A stretch of DNA of 64,000 nucleotides, taken from a virus. The translations under genes and the position numbers were made by a program. The notes under the pieces were generated by a model. The model saw only the letters and a list, made by a program, of their open reading frames with translations, was not told the DNA's origin and made no database searches. Below are positions 54,832 to 63,810 of the stretch, piece by piece (the stretch's first letter is position 1; each line of letters starts with the position of its first letter). The stretch covers positions 2,336 through 66,335 of the IMG/VR virus record IMGVR_UViG_3300031251_000017; one strand, given 5' to 3'.

Positions 54832-56121
54832 ATGACCGCGATCCCGCCCATCCTCTCCTTCGACCAGTTCGTCGAGGTTAGCCGGCCGCTCACCGATCCA
54901 CCTCCCTATCAATCGCGCTTTTCGGCCGTCCGATGGAATGACCTCGATCTTCCCGGAGCGGAGCACGAATGGCTCGTAAAGAACGTGGTCACGCGGCGGG
55001 AGCGAACGATGATGGTCGGGGCTTCGCAATCCGGGAAGTCGTTTCTCGCGATCGACCTCGCCCTCTCGATCGCCAGAGGCGTGCCGTGGTTCGGAAACCG
55101 GGTGCTGAGAGGCGGCGTGGTCTATCAGGCGGGAGAGGGCGGGCGAGGGATTAAGAAGCGCCTACGGGCCTACAGGGCTGAACATAGCCTATCCCCCGAC
55201 GCCGACCTTCCCTTCGTCCTCCTGCCGGCGACCGTCGATCTCTTTTCCGGCGACGACGCCTGCGAGGCTTTGATCGCCGAGTCGATCCACTGGGGATCGA
55301 CCTTCGATTGTCCGCTTGAACTCGTCGTGATCGACACCCTCTCGACGGCGACGCCGGGAGCCGACGAGAATTCCTCGAAGGACATCGGCCCGGTCCTCGC
55401 CCGTTGCGAGAGGATCGCCCACAAGACGAACGCTGCCGTCATGCTGGTTCACCACATGAATTCCGGGGGCCAGAAGCCGCGCGGCCATACCTCGATCCTC
55501 GCTAACCTCGACTCGGTCCTCAAGGTCGAGAAGCTCGACGAGATGGACATCGACCGCCGGGCGATCCGCGAGATCGAGATCGCCAAAGAGAAGGACGGGG
55601 AGAGCGGCAAGAAGTGGCGCTTCGTGCTTCCCGCTGTAGAGATCGGGAGAGACGCCGAGGGCGAGCCGGTAACGTCCTGCGTCGTGCGTGGGCCGAACTC
55701 GGAGGGCGCGCCGGGCGAGACCTCGAAGGCGACCGACGCCGGCATCCGGCTAACCCCGCAAGCCGAGGTGTTCCTCCGTGCCGTCTATCGCGCACTCGCC
55801 GACCACGGCGAATCGCCGCCGCACGAACTCGGACTCCCCGGCGGGACGCGGGTCGTTAAATGGAAGACGCTCGGCGAGGTGTTCGCCTCGATGGCTTTCG
55901 ACGGCGCCGACGAGGCCGACCCGAAGAAGCGGCAAGACAAGCTGTCGCAAGCGATGAAGCGGCACGGCGAGCGCCTTATGCAGCTGAACGTGATAATGCG
56001 GGAGAACCCCTTCGTCTGGCTGACAGGCCGCAAGGTTCGCGGCTTCGCGAAGCGGGACGACAGCGCCGAGCGCCGGGCCGAGGAAGCGCCGCCGCCCATG
56101 CAAGACGACGAGGGGTTCTAA
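54832..56121 (+). CDS. RepA-like (AAA_25) replicative helicase
   Basis: GASQSGKSF, AGEG, VVIDTLS, DENS, LVHH, RGHTS and KEKDG. Confidence 0.9.
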   Translation: MTAIPPILSFDQFVEVSRPLTDPPPYQSRFSAVRWNDLDLPGAEHEWLVKNVVTRRERTMMVGASQSGKSFLAIDLALSIARGVPWFGNRVLRGGVVYQAGEGGRGIKKRLRAYRAEHSLSPDADLPFVLLPATVDLFSGDDACEALIAESIHWGSTFDCPLELVVIDTLSTATPGADENSSKDIGPVLARCERIAHKTNAAVMLVHHMNSGGQKPRGHTSILANLDSVLKVEKLDEMDIDRRAIREIEIAKEKDGESGKKWRFVLPAVEIGRDAEGEPVTSCVVRGPNSEGAPGETSKATDAGIRLTPQAEVFLRAVYRALADHGESPPHELGLPGGTRVVKWKTLGEVFASMAFDGADEADPKKRQDKLSQAMKRHGERLMQLNVIMRENPFVWLTGRKVRGFAKRDDSAERRAEEAPPPMQDDEGF

Positions 56122-56123
56122 CC

Positions 56124-56795
56124 ATGAGCAAATCTGACAGGCTTCGCCAGCGTCTTGTCACGATCGGGGAGGCGACGGCCTTCCTCGGAAATCGTGGAAA
56201 ATCAGCGACTCCTCGGAGAGCGCCCGACAATCTGACAAGCCTAGAGTCAGAAGCGGCGACATATATGTCAGAAAGCGCGGGCCGCTTCTCGGACGAACGG
56301 TCGGCCCGGTTGATCGCGAACGCCGCGCTCGGTTCGGTCGTCGCCGAGTGGTCGAAGGAACTGGTGCGCCAGCGCCTCAAGGAAGCGGCGCGCGGGGGCG
56401 AAAGGATCACAGGCCGGGTCGGGCCTTCCTCGAAGCTCGGGTTCTGGCCCGAGGTCGCGCTGTTCGCCGACATAACCGCCGCCGATCGCAACATCATCTA
56501 TCAGGCGGAACTAGACGGGACGCGCGCCCCGGCGCGCCCCTCGGGCGTCGGCGGCGATCGAGACGTTTCGCAGATTGAGGCGTCGATCTACTGGCCGGCG
56601 CTTTACCTCAAGGCGGAAGAACACGACGCGGCGCGCCGCGCTCTCCAATGTTGGGGATGGTGCGAGGCGCGCCGGCAATCGTTCTCAGGTCAATATCGGG
56701 AACTCGGCTGCTCGCTCCGAACGGCGAACCGCAGGGTCGACGAGGCGATCGAGACGATCCTCGCCGGCCTTATCCGTGACGGCGTGGATCCATAA
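56124..56795 (+). CDS. Hypothetical protein, possible late-gene regulator
   Basis: Last gene of the replication arm; WS.E.V..RL.EA start and C-terminal HTH-like segment. Confidence 0.5.
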   Translation: MSKSDRLRQRLVTIGEATAFLGNRGKSATPRRAPDNLTSLESEAATYMSESAGRFSDERSARLIANAALGSVVAEWSKELVRQRLKEAARGGERITGRVGPSSKLGFWPEVALFADITAADRNIIYQAELDGTRAPARPSGVGGDRDVSQIEASIYWPALYLKAEEHDAARRALQCWGWCEARRQSFSGQYRELGCSLRTANRRVDEAIETILAGLIRDGVDP

Positions 56796-57009
56796 GATCG
56801 AGTTCCTCGATAATCCTCCCGAGGTTCCCTCCGAGCCGCTCGCACAAGGCGATCAGTTCGGGCACGATCGAGACAGGAATCGGCGCTGTCCCGTTCAACC
56901 ATCGCCGGATCGTTCTCTCGGCGACGTTGAGGTCGACCTCGAAGTCGGCCGATCCCCACCGGGGTCCATAGAGGGTCTCGCCGATTCTCTTGAGAAGCTC
57001 CGGGGTCAT
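56770..57009 (-). CDS. HTH DNA-binding protein
   Basis: GETLYGPRW...DLNVAERTIRRWLNG..PIP. Confidence 0.7.
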   Translation of the reverse strand: MTPELLKRIGETLYGPRWGSADFEVDLNVAERTIRRWLNGTAPIPVSIVPELIALCERLGGNLGRIIEELDLMDPRRHG

Positions 57010-57014
57010 AGCGT

Positions 57015-57275
57015 TCAGTCCTTAGCCGTTGCATCAAGGCTATCGAGCCATAGATCATATTCGTCGTGCCCGACCAGCGCGCCCCCTATTATGAAGGCGC
57101 TGGGGTTGATCTTTTTGTATTCCCCGAGACGGGCCTTATTCCAAAGAACAAAGCCGCACATCGATCCGCCCGGCCATCGAATTCGGTCGTGCTGAATCTG
57201 TTCCTCGCAGCTCCGTCCGTGGACTCTGGCGTAATTGGCGAAGCGCGGGTTCCATTCCAAGGAAGGTGCTCTCAC
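57015..57275 (-). CDS. Hypothetical protein
   Basis: GTGA overlap with the upstream stop; WNPRFANYARVHG. Confidence 0.5.
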   Translation of the reverse strand: MRAPSLEWNPRFANYARVHGRSCEEQIQHDRIRWPGGSMCGFVLWNKARLGEYKKINPSAFIIGGALVGHDEYDLWLDSLDATAKD

Positions 57276-57532
57276 AGTCCTAGCTCCTTGATCGCTTGCC
57301 CGCGCGTTTCCGGCACGACGAGGACGCCGAAGCGATCGAGCAGCCGATCGAATTGAGCGTCCACCGTCTTGAAAAGTTCCGGCAGATCGGCGTCTTTCGC
57401 GCCGGGCGTCCGATCTCTCTTGACGAGATCGGCGTCGGGAAAATTCGCCATCGCCCAGAAGTCGAGCGTGTCGAGGATCGCACCCCGAAGCTGGTCGCGA
57501 AGCTGGTCTCTTTTGTCGGGGGTGATGCTCAT
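57272..57532 (-). CDS. Hypothetical protein
   Basis: SD AAGGA; ATGA overlap. Confidence 0.5.
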   Translation of the reverse strand: MSITPDKRDQLRDQLRGAILDTLDFWAMANFPDADLVKRDRTPGAKDADLPELFKTVDAQFDRLLDRFGVLVVPETRGQAIKELGL

Positions 57533-57750
57533 TTCTCGGTTCCTTTCGTCTTGGCGGCTTTCTTGAGGGCCTTGAGAATATCGTCGGCGACCTTCTTGAT
57601 CGAGACGCCGAACAAGTCGGCGACCAAGCAAGCGGTGACGCTCCAGAAAGGGTTCCCATCGAGATCGCGCTGATCCTCGTCGGTCACCCATTCGGTGTCG
57701 TCGTTGAAGGCGAGCCAGAAGATCGCTTCACGGTAGCCGGGGCGCTTCAT
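57529..57750 (-). CDS. Hypothetical protein
   Basis: YREAIFWLAFNDD...SVTACLVADLFG; ATGA overlap. Confidence 0.6.
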   Translation of the reverse strand: MKRPGYREAIFWLAFNDDTEWVTDEDQRDLDGNPFWSVTACLVADLFGVSIKKVADDILKALKKAAKTKGTEK

Positions 57751-58031
57751 CGTCCTTCCTCCCGATCTTCGACGATCGCCACGCGGTCGAGAATCTCGTC
57801 GATCGCGTCGATCGCGACCGAATGAACGATGTCGTCGAGCCAGTCGGGGATCGGAAGGCCGGTCTCGGCGAAGGCCCGGTTCGCCGCCTTGCGCACCTTG
57901 TCCACAAGCGCGCTGCGTTGGTTGTCGAAGGGAATATCGCCGAGGCGCTTCGGCTTCGGCTCGGTCGGCTTCTCTTGATCGCCCCAGATGATCGTGTTTC
58001 GGCAATAAGGGCGGGGGGAATTGCTGGTCAT
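57747..58031 (-). CDS. Hypothetical protein
   Basis: SD AAGGA; packed ORF. Confidence 0.5.
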   Translation of the reverse strand: MTSNSPRPYCRNTIIWGDQEKPTEPKPKRLGDIPFDNQRSALVDKVRKAANRAFAETGLPIPDWLDDIVHSVAIDAIDEILDRVAIVEDREEGR

Positions 58032-58124
58032 CGTTTCGTTCCTTGATCGGGAGGGGAGGAAGCCGTGGCCAAAGCCAACGGAATTTATGCAGATTGTATG
58101 CAGACGGGGCCGAAGCCCCGTCGA

Positions 58125-58409
58125 TTAGATGTGGCGAAGCGATCCGCCGCCGACGCCGAAATCGCGCATACGAACGAAGTCGGGTTTCCCGGATCGAGCG
58201 GCGGCGTCGGGGTTGAGGGGATAAGCGTCCCATCTCCCGAGCCGCTCGATCGAGTCGGGATTAACCTTGACGTTCGTTCCGGTTCGATCGCGCTCGATCG
58301 CGATAATCGTCCCGGCTACCCATCCGGCCGATCCGGCGTAAACCTCAACACGCTCGCCGACCCGGTAGATCGACCCATCGTAAAAGTGAACCTCGTCTTG
58401 CTTCGTCAT
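58125..58409 (-). CDS. Hypothetical protein (SH3/Tudor-like beta)
   Basis: Preceded by the repeated GCAGGAGGCCC leader. Confidence 0.6.
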   Translation of the reverse strand: MTKQDEVHFYDGSIYRVGERVEVYAGSAGWVAGTIIAIERDRTGTNVKVNPDSIERLGRWDAYPLNPDAAARSGKPDFVRMRDFGVGGGSLRHI

Positions 58410-58459
58410 AAGGGCCTCCTGCCCGGTTGAGGGCCGGGGCCGAAGCCCCGGCCGGTGGA

Positions 58460-58705
58460 TTAGCGCCAGCGGGTCGCGGTCTTTATCTCGACTTCGAGGC
58501 CGTCGATCATCTTCTCGACCTCGCGCTCGACCTTCGAGTCGATCTCGTCGTCGAGGCCGGCGATCTCGCCTTCGAGTCTTTCGACCTTCGCGGAGAGTTC
58601 CTCGATCTTCTCGATCGCGATCTTGAGGTCATGCGCGCGGACGGCGACGATCTTTTCGAGATCGACGAGACGGCGAGCGGTAGAGGGGAAAAAGAACTTG
58701 AACAT
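58460..58705 (-). CDS. Small coiled-coil protein
   Basis: MFKFFFPST... directly after a leader repeat. Confidence 0.6.
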   Translation of the reverse strand: MFKFFFPSTARRLVDLEKIVAVRAHDLKIAIEKIEELSAKVERLEGEIAGLDDEIDSKVEREVEKMIDGLEVEIKTATRWR

Positions 58706-58761
58706 TTGCGTGGGCCTCCTGCCCGGTGTTGAGGGGGAGGGCCATCCCTCCCCCGGTTGAG

Positions 58762-58911
58762 TTAGACGAGGACGCCGATCAGAAGCCACGAATGGGTGGT
58801 CTCGGCCTGCCCGTGATAAGCCGGGCCGGTGACGAAGCCGATCGCGTCGGCTTGCGAGGCGAGCCAATCGGAGAACGGGACGAAGACGGCTTTCGTTGCG
58901 AAGAAGTTCAT
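58762..58911 (-). CDS. 49-aa hypothetical protein (not in ORF track)
   Basis: MNFFATKAVFVPFSDWL... directly after a leader repeat. Confidence 0.5.
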   Translation of the reverse strand: MNFFATKAVFVPFSDWLASQADAIGFVTGPAYHGQAETTHSWLLIGVLV

Positions 58912-59005
58912 GGTCTAGGGCCTCCTGCCCGGTTTCGCGCCGGACCTCTTGCCCGGCGACGAAGACGATTAAACCGTGGAATTCGGAAAACAGCAAGCGC
59001 CGATT

Positions 59006-59266
59006 TCAGTCGTCGAATTCCTCGATGAAGTGGCGGGCGTCGTCGAGCGATTCGAGGATCGGCGCGGTCGGCTCGCCCTTCGGGGTGAAGACGAAGAAAG
59101 GCCCCTCGAAGCAGCCGTAAGCGCCGACTCGGGGCTTGTCCGAGTTCACGATCTTGAAGCCCCGATAATCGAGCGAGTCGATCGCGCCGGCTACGCGCGC
59201 GGCTTTGATGAACTTCGCCCACCGAGGGATTCGGGTCCGGTGTCCGTTGAAGTCTTTGATTGCCAT
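59006..59266 (-). CDS. Hypothetical protein
   Basis: MAIKDFNGH... after a variant leader repeat. Confidence 0.6.
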   Translation of the reverse strand: MAIKDFNGHRTRIPRWAKFIKAARVAGAIDSLDYRGFKIVNSDKPRVGAYGCFEGPFFVFTPKGEPTAPILESLDDARHFIEEFDD

Positions 59267-59325
59267 TTTAAGCGGGCCTCCATTGCCCGGTTGAGCGGAG
59301 CGGGACGATCCCACCCCGAATTCGT

Positions 59326-59733
59326 TTAGCAGCCGTAGGGTTCGCGATATTCGATCCGAACGAAGAAGCGATCTTCGCGCTCGACAACTTCCCAAGGATA
59401 GCCGAGCGATTGCGACTCGGCCCACTCGCGCGCCGCGACTTCGGTCGCGAAGCCGGTCTCGCCGCGATATTCGCGCTTGACGAGGACCGGGCAGAACCGC
59501 TTCGGGCGAGCGCCGCCGATATAGCGGGCCGTTACGATCTCGAAGCCCATCGAGCGGAAGTCGCGATCGTCGAGGCGCGAGACGTTGCGGAAGCCGGCCT
59601 CGATTAGCGCCTTGCGCGCGTCGCCGACCGTAGCGCCGACGATCTTGCGACCCTCGGCCGTTTCGTAAATTCCGCCGTTCCAGCGATCGGCGTGGATCGC
59701 GGCGACGAGCTTCTCGGCGATTTGTCTATCCAT
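59326..59733 (-). CDS. Hypothetical protein
   Basis: SD AGGGG; follows the 59745 gene. Confidence 0.6.
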   Translation of the reverse strand: MDRQIAEKLVAAIHADRWNGGIYETAEGRKIVGATVGDARKALIEAGFRNVSRLDDRDFRSMGFEIVTARYIGGARPKRFCPVLVKREYRGETGFATEVAAREWAESQSLGYPWEVVEREDRFFVRIEYREPYGC

Positions 59734-59744
59734 CTTCTTTCCCC

Positions 59745-59960
59745 TTAGCCTTCGTGCTTCGTGATGATAACGGAGTCGAGGCCGAGGACCGGGCGACCGT
59801 TGAAGTGGAGTCGGGTCTCGCCGATGTCTTGAAGCTCATACTCGATCTTCCCGAAGGCATCCCGGTGGCGGCAAAACAGGGCGCCGACGATCGCGAGCGG
59901 CGCGATCATGACGAGGTTCCCGTCCTTAGATTTTACTTCGTAAAGGGTCGGCTTTTTCAT
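59745..59960 (-). CDS. Hypothetical protein
   Basis: MKKPTLY... after a leader repeat. Confidence 0.55.
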   Translation of the reverse strand: MKKPTLYEVKSKDGNLVMIAPLAIVGALFCRHRDAFGKIEYELQDIGETRLHFNGRPVLGLDSVIITKHEG

Positions 59961-60051
59961 CTTCGTGGGCCTCCTGCCCGGTTCGCGACGGGCCGTTGCC
60001 CGTCGCAAGAGAGATTAGATAGTGAACCGGGAAAAACAGCAACACCCCTGT

Positions 60052-60696
60052 TCATCCCCACGCGAGGCCGTAGCGTTCCGCGCATTGAGGGCCATAGCCT
60101 ACCTGAGTCGATCTCTCGTCTTTCAGGCCCTTATTGCAGAAGCAGCAGCGGCCGGTCAGGCGACCGTGCTCGGCGGCGACCCCTGCGGGATCGGCGGCGA
60201 AGCGACGCAGGCCGTCGATCAATCCGGCCGGCGTATCGGCGCGGGGGGAAGCCTCGAAGTCGCCCGAGGCAAGGATGCGACCGAACCAGACCGGCTCGTC
60301 TCCCTCGGCGGCACGACGCGATTCGGCGACGTTGAGCGATCCGGGAACGCGGGCGCGCTCGCTGGCAACCGATAGGCGATATTCGTCGCCGTCGAAGCCG
60401 ATCACGATCGCCGGGGCCTTGAGGTGGGCGCGAGCCTTGTCGAAAAGAGCGGTGATCGCCGAGAGGTCGCCGACCGCCGTCTTCTTCCGCTCCGGGGCGG
60501 GCGTAGCAGCCCCCGTAGCGCGTTCGGCGAGCTTGACGAGGTAAGGGCGCTGCTTCTCGCTCGCCCGGCCGTAGCGGGTTACGCCGGCGACGAGAGAGGA
60601 CGCGAAGGAACGATCGCGGTCGGCGAGTTTCTCGACGTTGGCGGCGAGGATCGCGGCGAGATCGGCGTCGGTCATGTTCTGAAAGTTCGTGTTCAT
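60052..60696 (-). CDS. DUF6011-like Zn-finger-containing protein
   Basis: FASSL...SEKQ N-terminal part; C-terminal GRCCFCNKGLKDERSTQVGYGPQCA. Confidence 0.75.
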   Translation of the reverse strand: MNTNFQNMTDADLAAILAANVEKLADRDRSFASSLVAGVTRYGRASEKQRPYLVKLAERATGAATPAPERKKTAVGDLSAITALFDKARAHLKAPAIVIGFDGDEYRLSVASERARVPGSLNVAESRRAAEGDEPVWFGRILASGDFEASPRADTPAGLIDGLRRFAADPAGVAAEHGRLTGRCCFCNKGLKDERSTQVGYGPQCAERYGLAWG

Positions 60697-60793
60697 AGCG
60701 GCGGGCCTCCTGCCCGGTTCGGGGGCCGGCCGATGCCCGCCCCACGCCCCTCTTATACGCCTGCCGCATAAAACAGCAACACGAAATGCCGGA

Positions 60794-60991
60794 TCAGGCC
60801 CGGCGACCGATCTCGGCCTTGATCGCCCGAAGCGCGTTCTCCCGGATCGCCGACCGTTCCCAGACGTTCGGGGTTGCGGTTGCGCGCCTCTCGGCCTCGT
60901 CGATTATCGCCTCGACCCGAGCGCATTTGACGGCTTGAGCGAGCCTCGGGTTCGCCTCGGGGGCTTTGATGTCTCGAAGGAAGCGGTTCAT
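60794..60991 (-). CDS. Hypothetical protein
   Basis: SD AAGGAG; MNRFLRDIK... Confidence 0.5.
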   Translation of the reverse strand: MNRFLRDIKAPEANPRLAQAVKCARVEAIIDEAERRATATPNVWERSAIRENALRAIKAEIGRRA

Positions 60992-61056
60992 CTCAAAATC
61001 TCCTTGTCTGCAATGGGCGGCGCGCCGCGAGACGAATCTCTCGCGACTCGCGGTTT

Positions 61057-61299
61057 TCAGCAAGCGTCGCAGTCATCATCCTCGGGTTTCGAGAACTCGA
61101 AGACGGTCTTCGATTCGAGCGCCCACCCCTGATCGTTCAAGAGCGAGAGGACTAGATCGGCGCTCGGCTTCGGCGTGACGCAGCGGTCGATGTAGTATTG
61201 AGCCAGCCCCATCTCGTCGGCCCATTGCCGGGCCTCCCGCAGGGTGCGGAAGGCTTTCCGGCCTTCGCCGTAGTCGGCGATCACTTGATAGACGATCAT
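61057..61299 (-). CDS. Hypothetical protein
   Basis: After a variant leader repeat; FRTLREARQWA. Confidence 0.6.
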   Translation of the reverse strand: MIVYQVIADYGEGRKAFRTLREARQWADEMGLAQYYIDRCVTPKPSADLVLSLLNDQGWALESKTVFEFSKPEDDDCDAC

Positions 61300-61356
61300 C
61301 CTCGGGACTCCTTTGCCGGTTGAGAAGGGGAGGGCCTTAGCGCTCTCCCCGGTTGA

Positions 61357-61719
61357 TTAGGACGCGCTCGGATAGGTTTCCGGCTCGTAAACGATCGCGT
61401 TCAACTTATTGAACCGGCCCGAGCGGTCGTCGCGGCCGAAGTTCGCGGAAAGCCGACCCTCGACCGGGCGGAACATAACGCTCGCCTTCCAAGGGTTCTG
61501 GCTGGTGCGGTAGCGACCGACGAAGCCGATCAACGAAATGTCGCGACGGCCGGGCGAGAAGCTATCGCGAACCCACCGACGAGCCTCGACGACAAGGCGA
61601 CGGCCGCGAATCTCGATTTCGACGTTCCCGATCTCGACGAAGTAAATCGACGAGTCCGAATAAGAACGGGTTTCGATCGACGCTTGAACGAAGGTCTCGG
61701 GGAGAACTTTGATCGACAT
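61357..61719 (-). CDS. Hypothetical protein
   Basis: First gene after the promoter and leader repeats. Confidence 0.6.
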   Translation of the reverse strand: MSIKVLPETFVQASIETRSYSDSSIYFVEIGNVEIEIRGRRLVVEARRWVRDSFSPGRRDISLIGFVGRYRTSQNPWKASVMFRPVEGRLSANFGRDDRSGRFNKLNAIVYEPETYPSAS

Positions 61720-61959
61720 TTGAGGGCCTCCTGCCCGGTTACGGCGAGGGCCTATGCCCTGCGCCGAACCGAAGTAAAGACCGAATCGCAGAAAACAGCA
61801 ACACCCCTCCGAAAATAGTTTCCAGCTTGAGGCCGAGGCGGCGTCTGCCGTCAGGTCGAAGTCGATGGGGGGAAAGCCCGGTTTTCGGGGTTGTGCGATG
61901 GCACAAAAATCGGCAGTTTCACGCCCGAAGTAAACGCGGGCCTTTGCCCGAAGGATTTT

Positions 61960-62036
61960 AGCAGGGTGGGGAAGCGGTCCGTCCCGTCTGGTTCATACCC
62001 AGAAGATCGCCGGTTCAAATCCGGCCCCTGCTTCCA
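61960..62036 (+). tRNA. tRNA with CAT anticodon (Met or Ile2), CCA encoded
   Basis: Acceptor AGCAGGG/CCCTGCT, D-stem GGGA/TCCC, anticodon arm TCTGG-TTCATAC-CCAGA, T-arm GCCGG-TTCAAAT-CCGGC, 3' TCCA. Confidence 0.85.
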
Positions 62037-62817
62037 TAGATCGGGCCTGTTGGGGTCTCGGAAACGCAAGCCGGCCTTTCGCGCGAATGGGTCGGATAAG
62101 ACGCCCGAGGCTGGCTGGTTTAATTCCAGCCCCCGGAGGCTTTCGCTGATCGACCGCCGGCCTTAACCGGCAAGCGATCGCACCCCGGCATCAATTCCCC
62201 GGCCTTCGCTAAAGGGCCTACAGCCGCAAGCAAGGGGAAGCCGGGACAAACACCTTCGATCGGCGTTTCCCCCTGTGCCACCGCCGGCTGGCAGGGCAAC
62301 CACGCTCCGATCCTGACCGATCGAGGGGCGCTTCGGCGCGGCATATGACTCACAGGCAATCGGAGAGGCCGGCACCTATTCAGTTTCGATCGGCGCGCCG
62401 CGAGGCGCGGGGGATCGCACCGGGGCGTGGTAGCGGTCTGTTCACCGGAAGATAAGGGCGTCGTGGAAGCGGCGCGAACGTCGCCGGGTTCGAGCAGGAG
62501 GGACGGCCCCGCCGATCGAAAGCCTAAAGGAAGCGAGCAATGGGACACGGCTGGAACAAGACCGACTTTGCGCTCGCGTTCGGAACGCTGTGCCTTTATG
62601 CGCTCGCGTTCTATATCGCCGAGAGGTTCACGCCGTGACCTTCTTCGATTTCGCCCTAGCCGTCGCCCTTGTCCTTATCGCTTCGGCGAGTGCCTGGGCG
62701 ACGTGCCAGGCAGGAACGCCGGCCGGCGCGGCCGGCTCAATCGACCACGATCTCGTTTTGCTTGGGGTCGATTTTCGCGCCGCCATTCTTCGCCTTCGTC
62801 AAAAACTGGAGCTTGAT

Positions 62818-63039
62818 ATGTCCGCTGAATCCGACGCCCTGAAAGCCGCTCTCGACGCCTTCGAGCCGAAAGTCGATGCTTTCGTCGCCTCCCTTGCTTC
62901 CGCCAAGGGCGCAGCCGAGACGGCTATCGCCGACGCCGCCGCCGACAAGTCGGCCCTGACCGAAGCGAAGGATCGGATCGCCGCCCTCGAAGCGCAGATC
63001 GACGCCGCGATGGCGCCGCCGGCCGCTCCCGCCGCTTAA
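62818..63039 (+). CDS. Small Ala-rich coiled-coil protein (may start upstream at GTG ~62635)
   Basis: SD GGAG before MSAESDALKAAL. Confidence 0.55.
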   Translation: MSAESDALKAALDAFEPKVDAFVASLASAKGAAETAIADAAADKSALTEAKDRIAALEAQIDAAMAPPAAPAA

Positions 63040-63044
63040 TCGAA

Positions 63045-63359
63045 ATGGCGCTTCGGACGATCCCTTCGGGGATCAAGCCGGCAAAGCAATCACGCGGCAC
63101 CCCCCTCAAGAGCGAGGGGGGCGTCGCCCGTTCGATATACCGCAGCCCCGAGTGGGTCGCCTTCCGGGAAGCGATCGTCTCCGAGAGGGGTCGCCGTTGC
63201 GAGAAGTGTCTCGCGATCGGCCCGGTCGTCGCCGACCACATCGTCGAGATACGGGACGGGGGCGAGATATACGCCCGCCGCAATATCCAACTGCTCTGCC
63301 TCCCTTGCCACAATACGAAGACGGCCGAGGCGAGGCGAACCCGGAATGAAACGAGGTAG
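63045..63359 (+). CDS. Packaging-associated HNH endonuclease (HK97 gp74-like)
   Basis: Y.SPEW..FR, CEKC, DHIVEIRDGG and NIQLLCLPCHNTKT; at the genome end before the terminase. Confidence 0.9.
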   Translation: MALRTIPSGIKPAKQSRGTPLKSEGGVARSIYRSPEWVAFREAIVSERGRRCEKCLAIGPVVADHIVEIRDGGEIYARRNIQLLCLPCHNTKTAEARRTRNETR

Positions 63360-63363
63360 CGCC

Positions 63364-63810
63364 ATGACAGAGTGGAACCGAGGCGACCTCGATCAAGCCA
63401 CCCTCAACTCAACCCCTCCCCTTCTCCCCGAAGGAAGGGCAGACGACTACATCCACCCTTCCTACTGCCTCAAAGGCTTCGACCGTTGGGGAAAGCGCAT
63501 AGAGGGCGAGGACGCCTCGCCGAAGGCGGGGGTCTCCCCCGATCCTTACACCCGGCTACACGCTACACGCTTCTTGCACGAAGCTCTGGAGGATCGAGCC
63601 GCTATCTATCAAGCCGACCTCTACGAAGCAAAGGCCGAGAACGAAGACACCTCTGGCTACTACATCGGCGCCCTTCTCCGAGAGCGAGCCAAGGCGAAGC
63701 GCCTATCCAATCGCCTCGATCTCAAGGCAATGACCGACGCCTTCTTCCTAGCCCTCGGCCTAACCCTAGGCGTCCTGCTCTCTGTCCTCGCTGGTCGCCT
63801 CAACCACTAG
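63364..63810 (+). CDS. Hypothetical protein with C-terminal TM segment
   Basis: SD GAGG; hydrophobic C-terminus. Confidence 0.5.
   Translation: MTEWNRGDLDQATLNSTPPLLPEGRADDYIHPSYCLKGFDRWGKRIEGEDASPKAGVSPDPYTRLHATRFLHEALEDRAAIYQADLYEAKAENEDTSGYYIGALLRERAKAKRLSNRLDLKAMTDAFFLALGLTLGVLLSVLAGRLNH

Larger units (their letters stand above)
58412..61807 (-). repeat. Dispersed cassette-leader repeat AACCGGGCAGGAGGCCC and promoter repeat TTGCTGTTTT
   Basis: Leader copies start (+ coordinates) at 58412, 58712, 58918, 59274 (variant), 59967, 60703, 61304 (variant) and 61724. Promoter copies lie at about 58987, 60033, 60770 and 61792. Confidence 0.85.
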
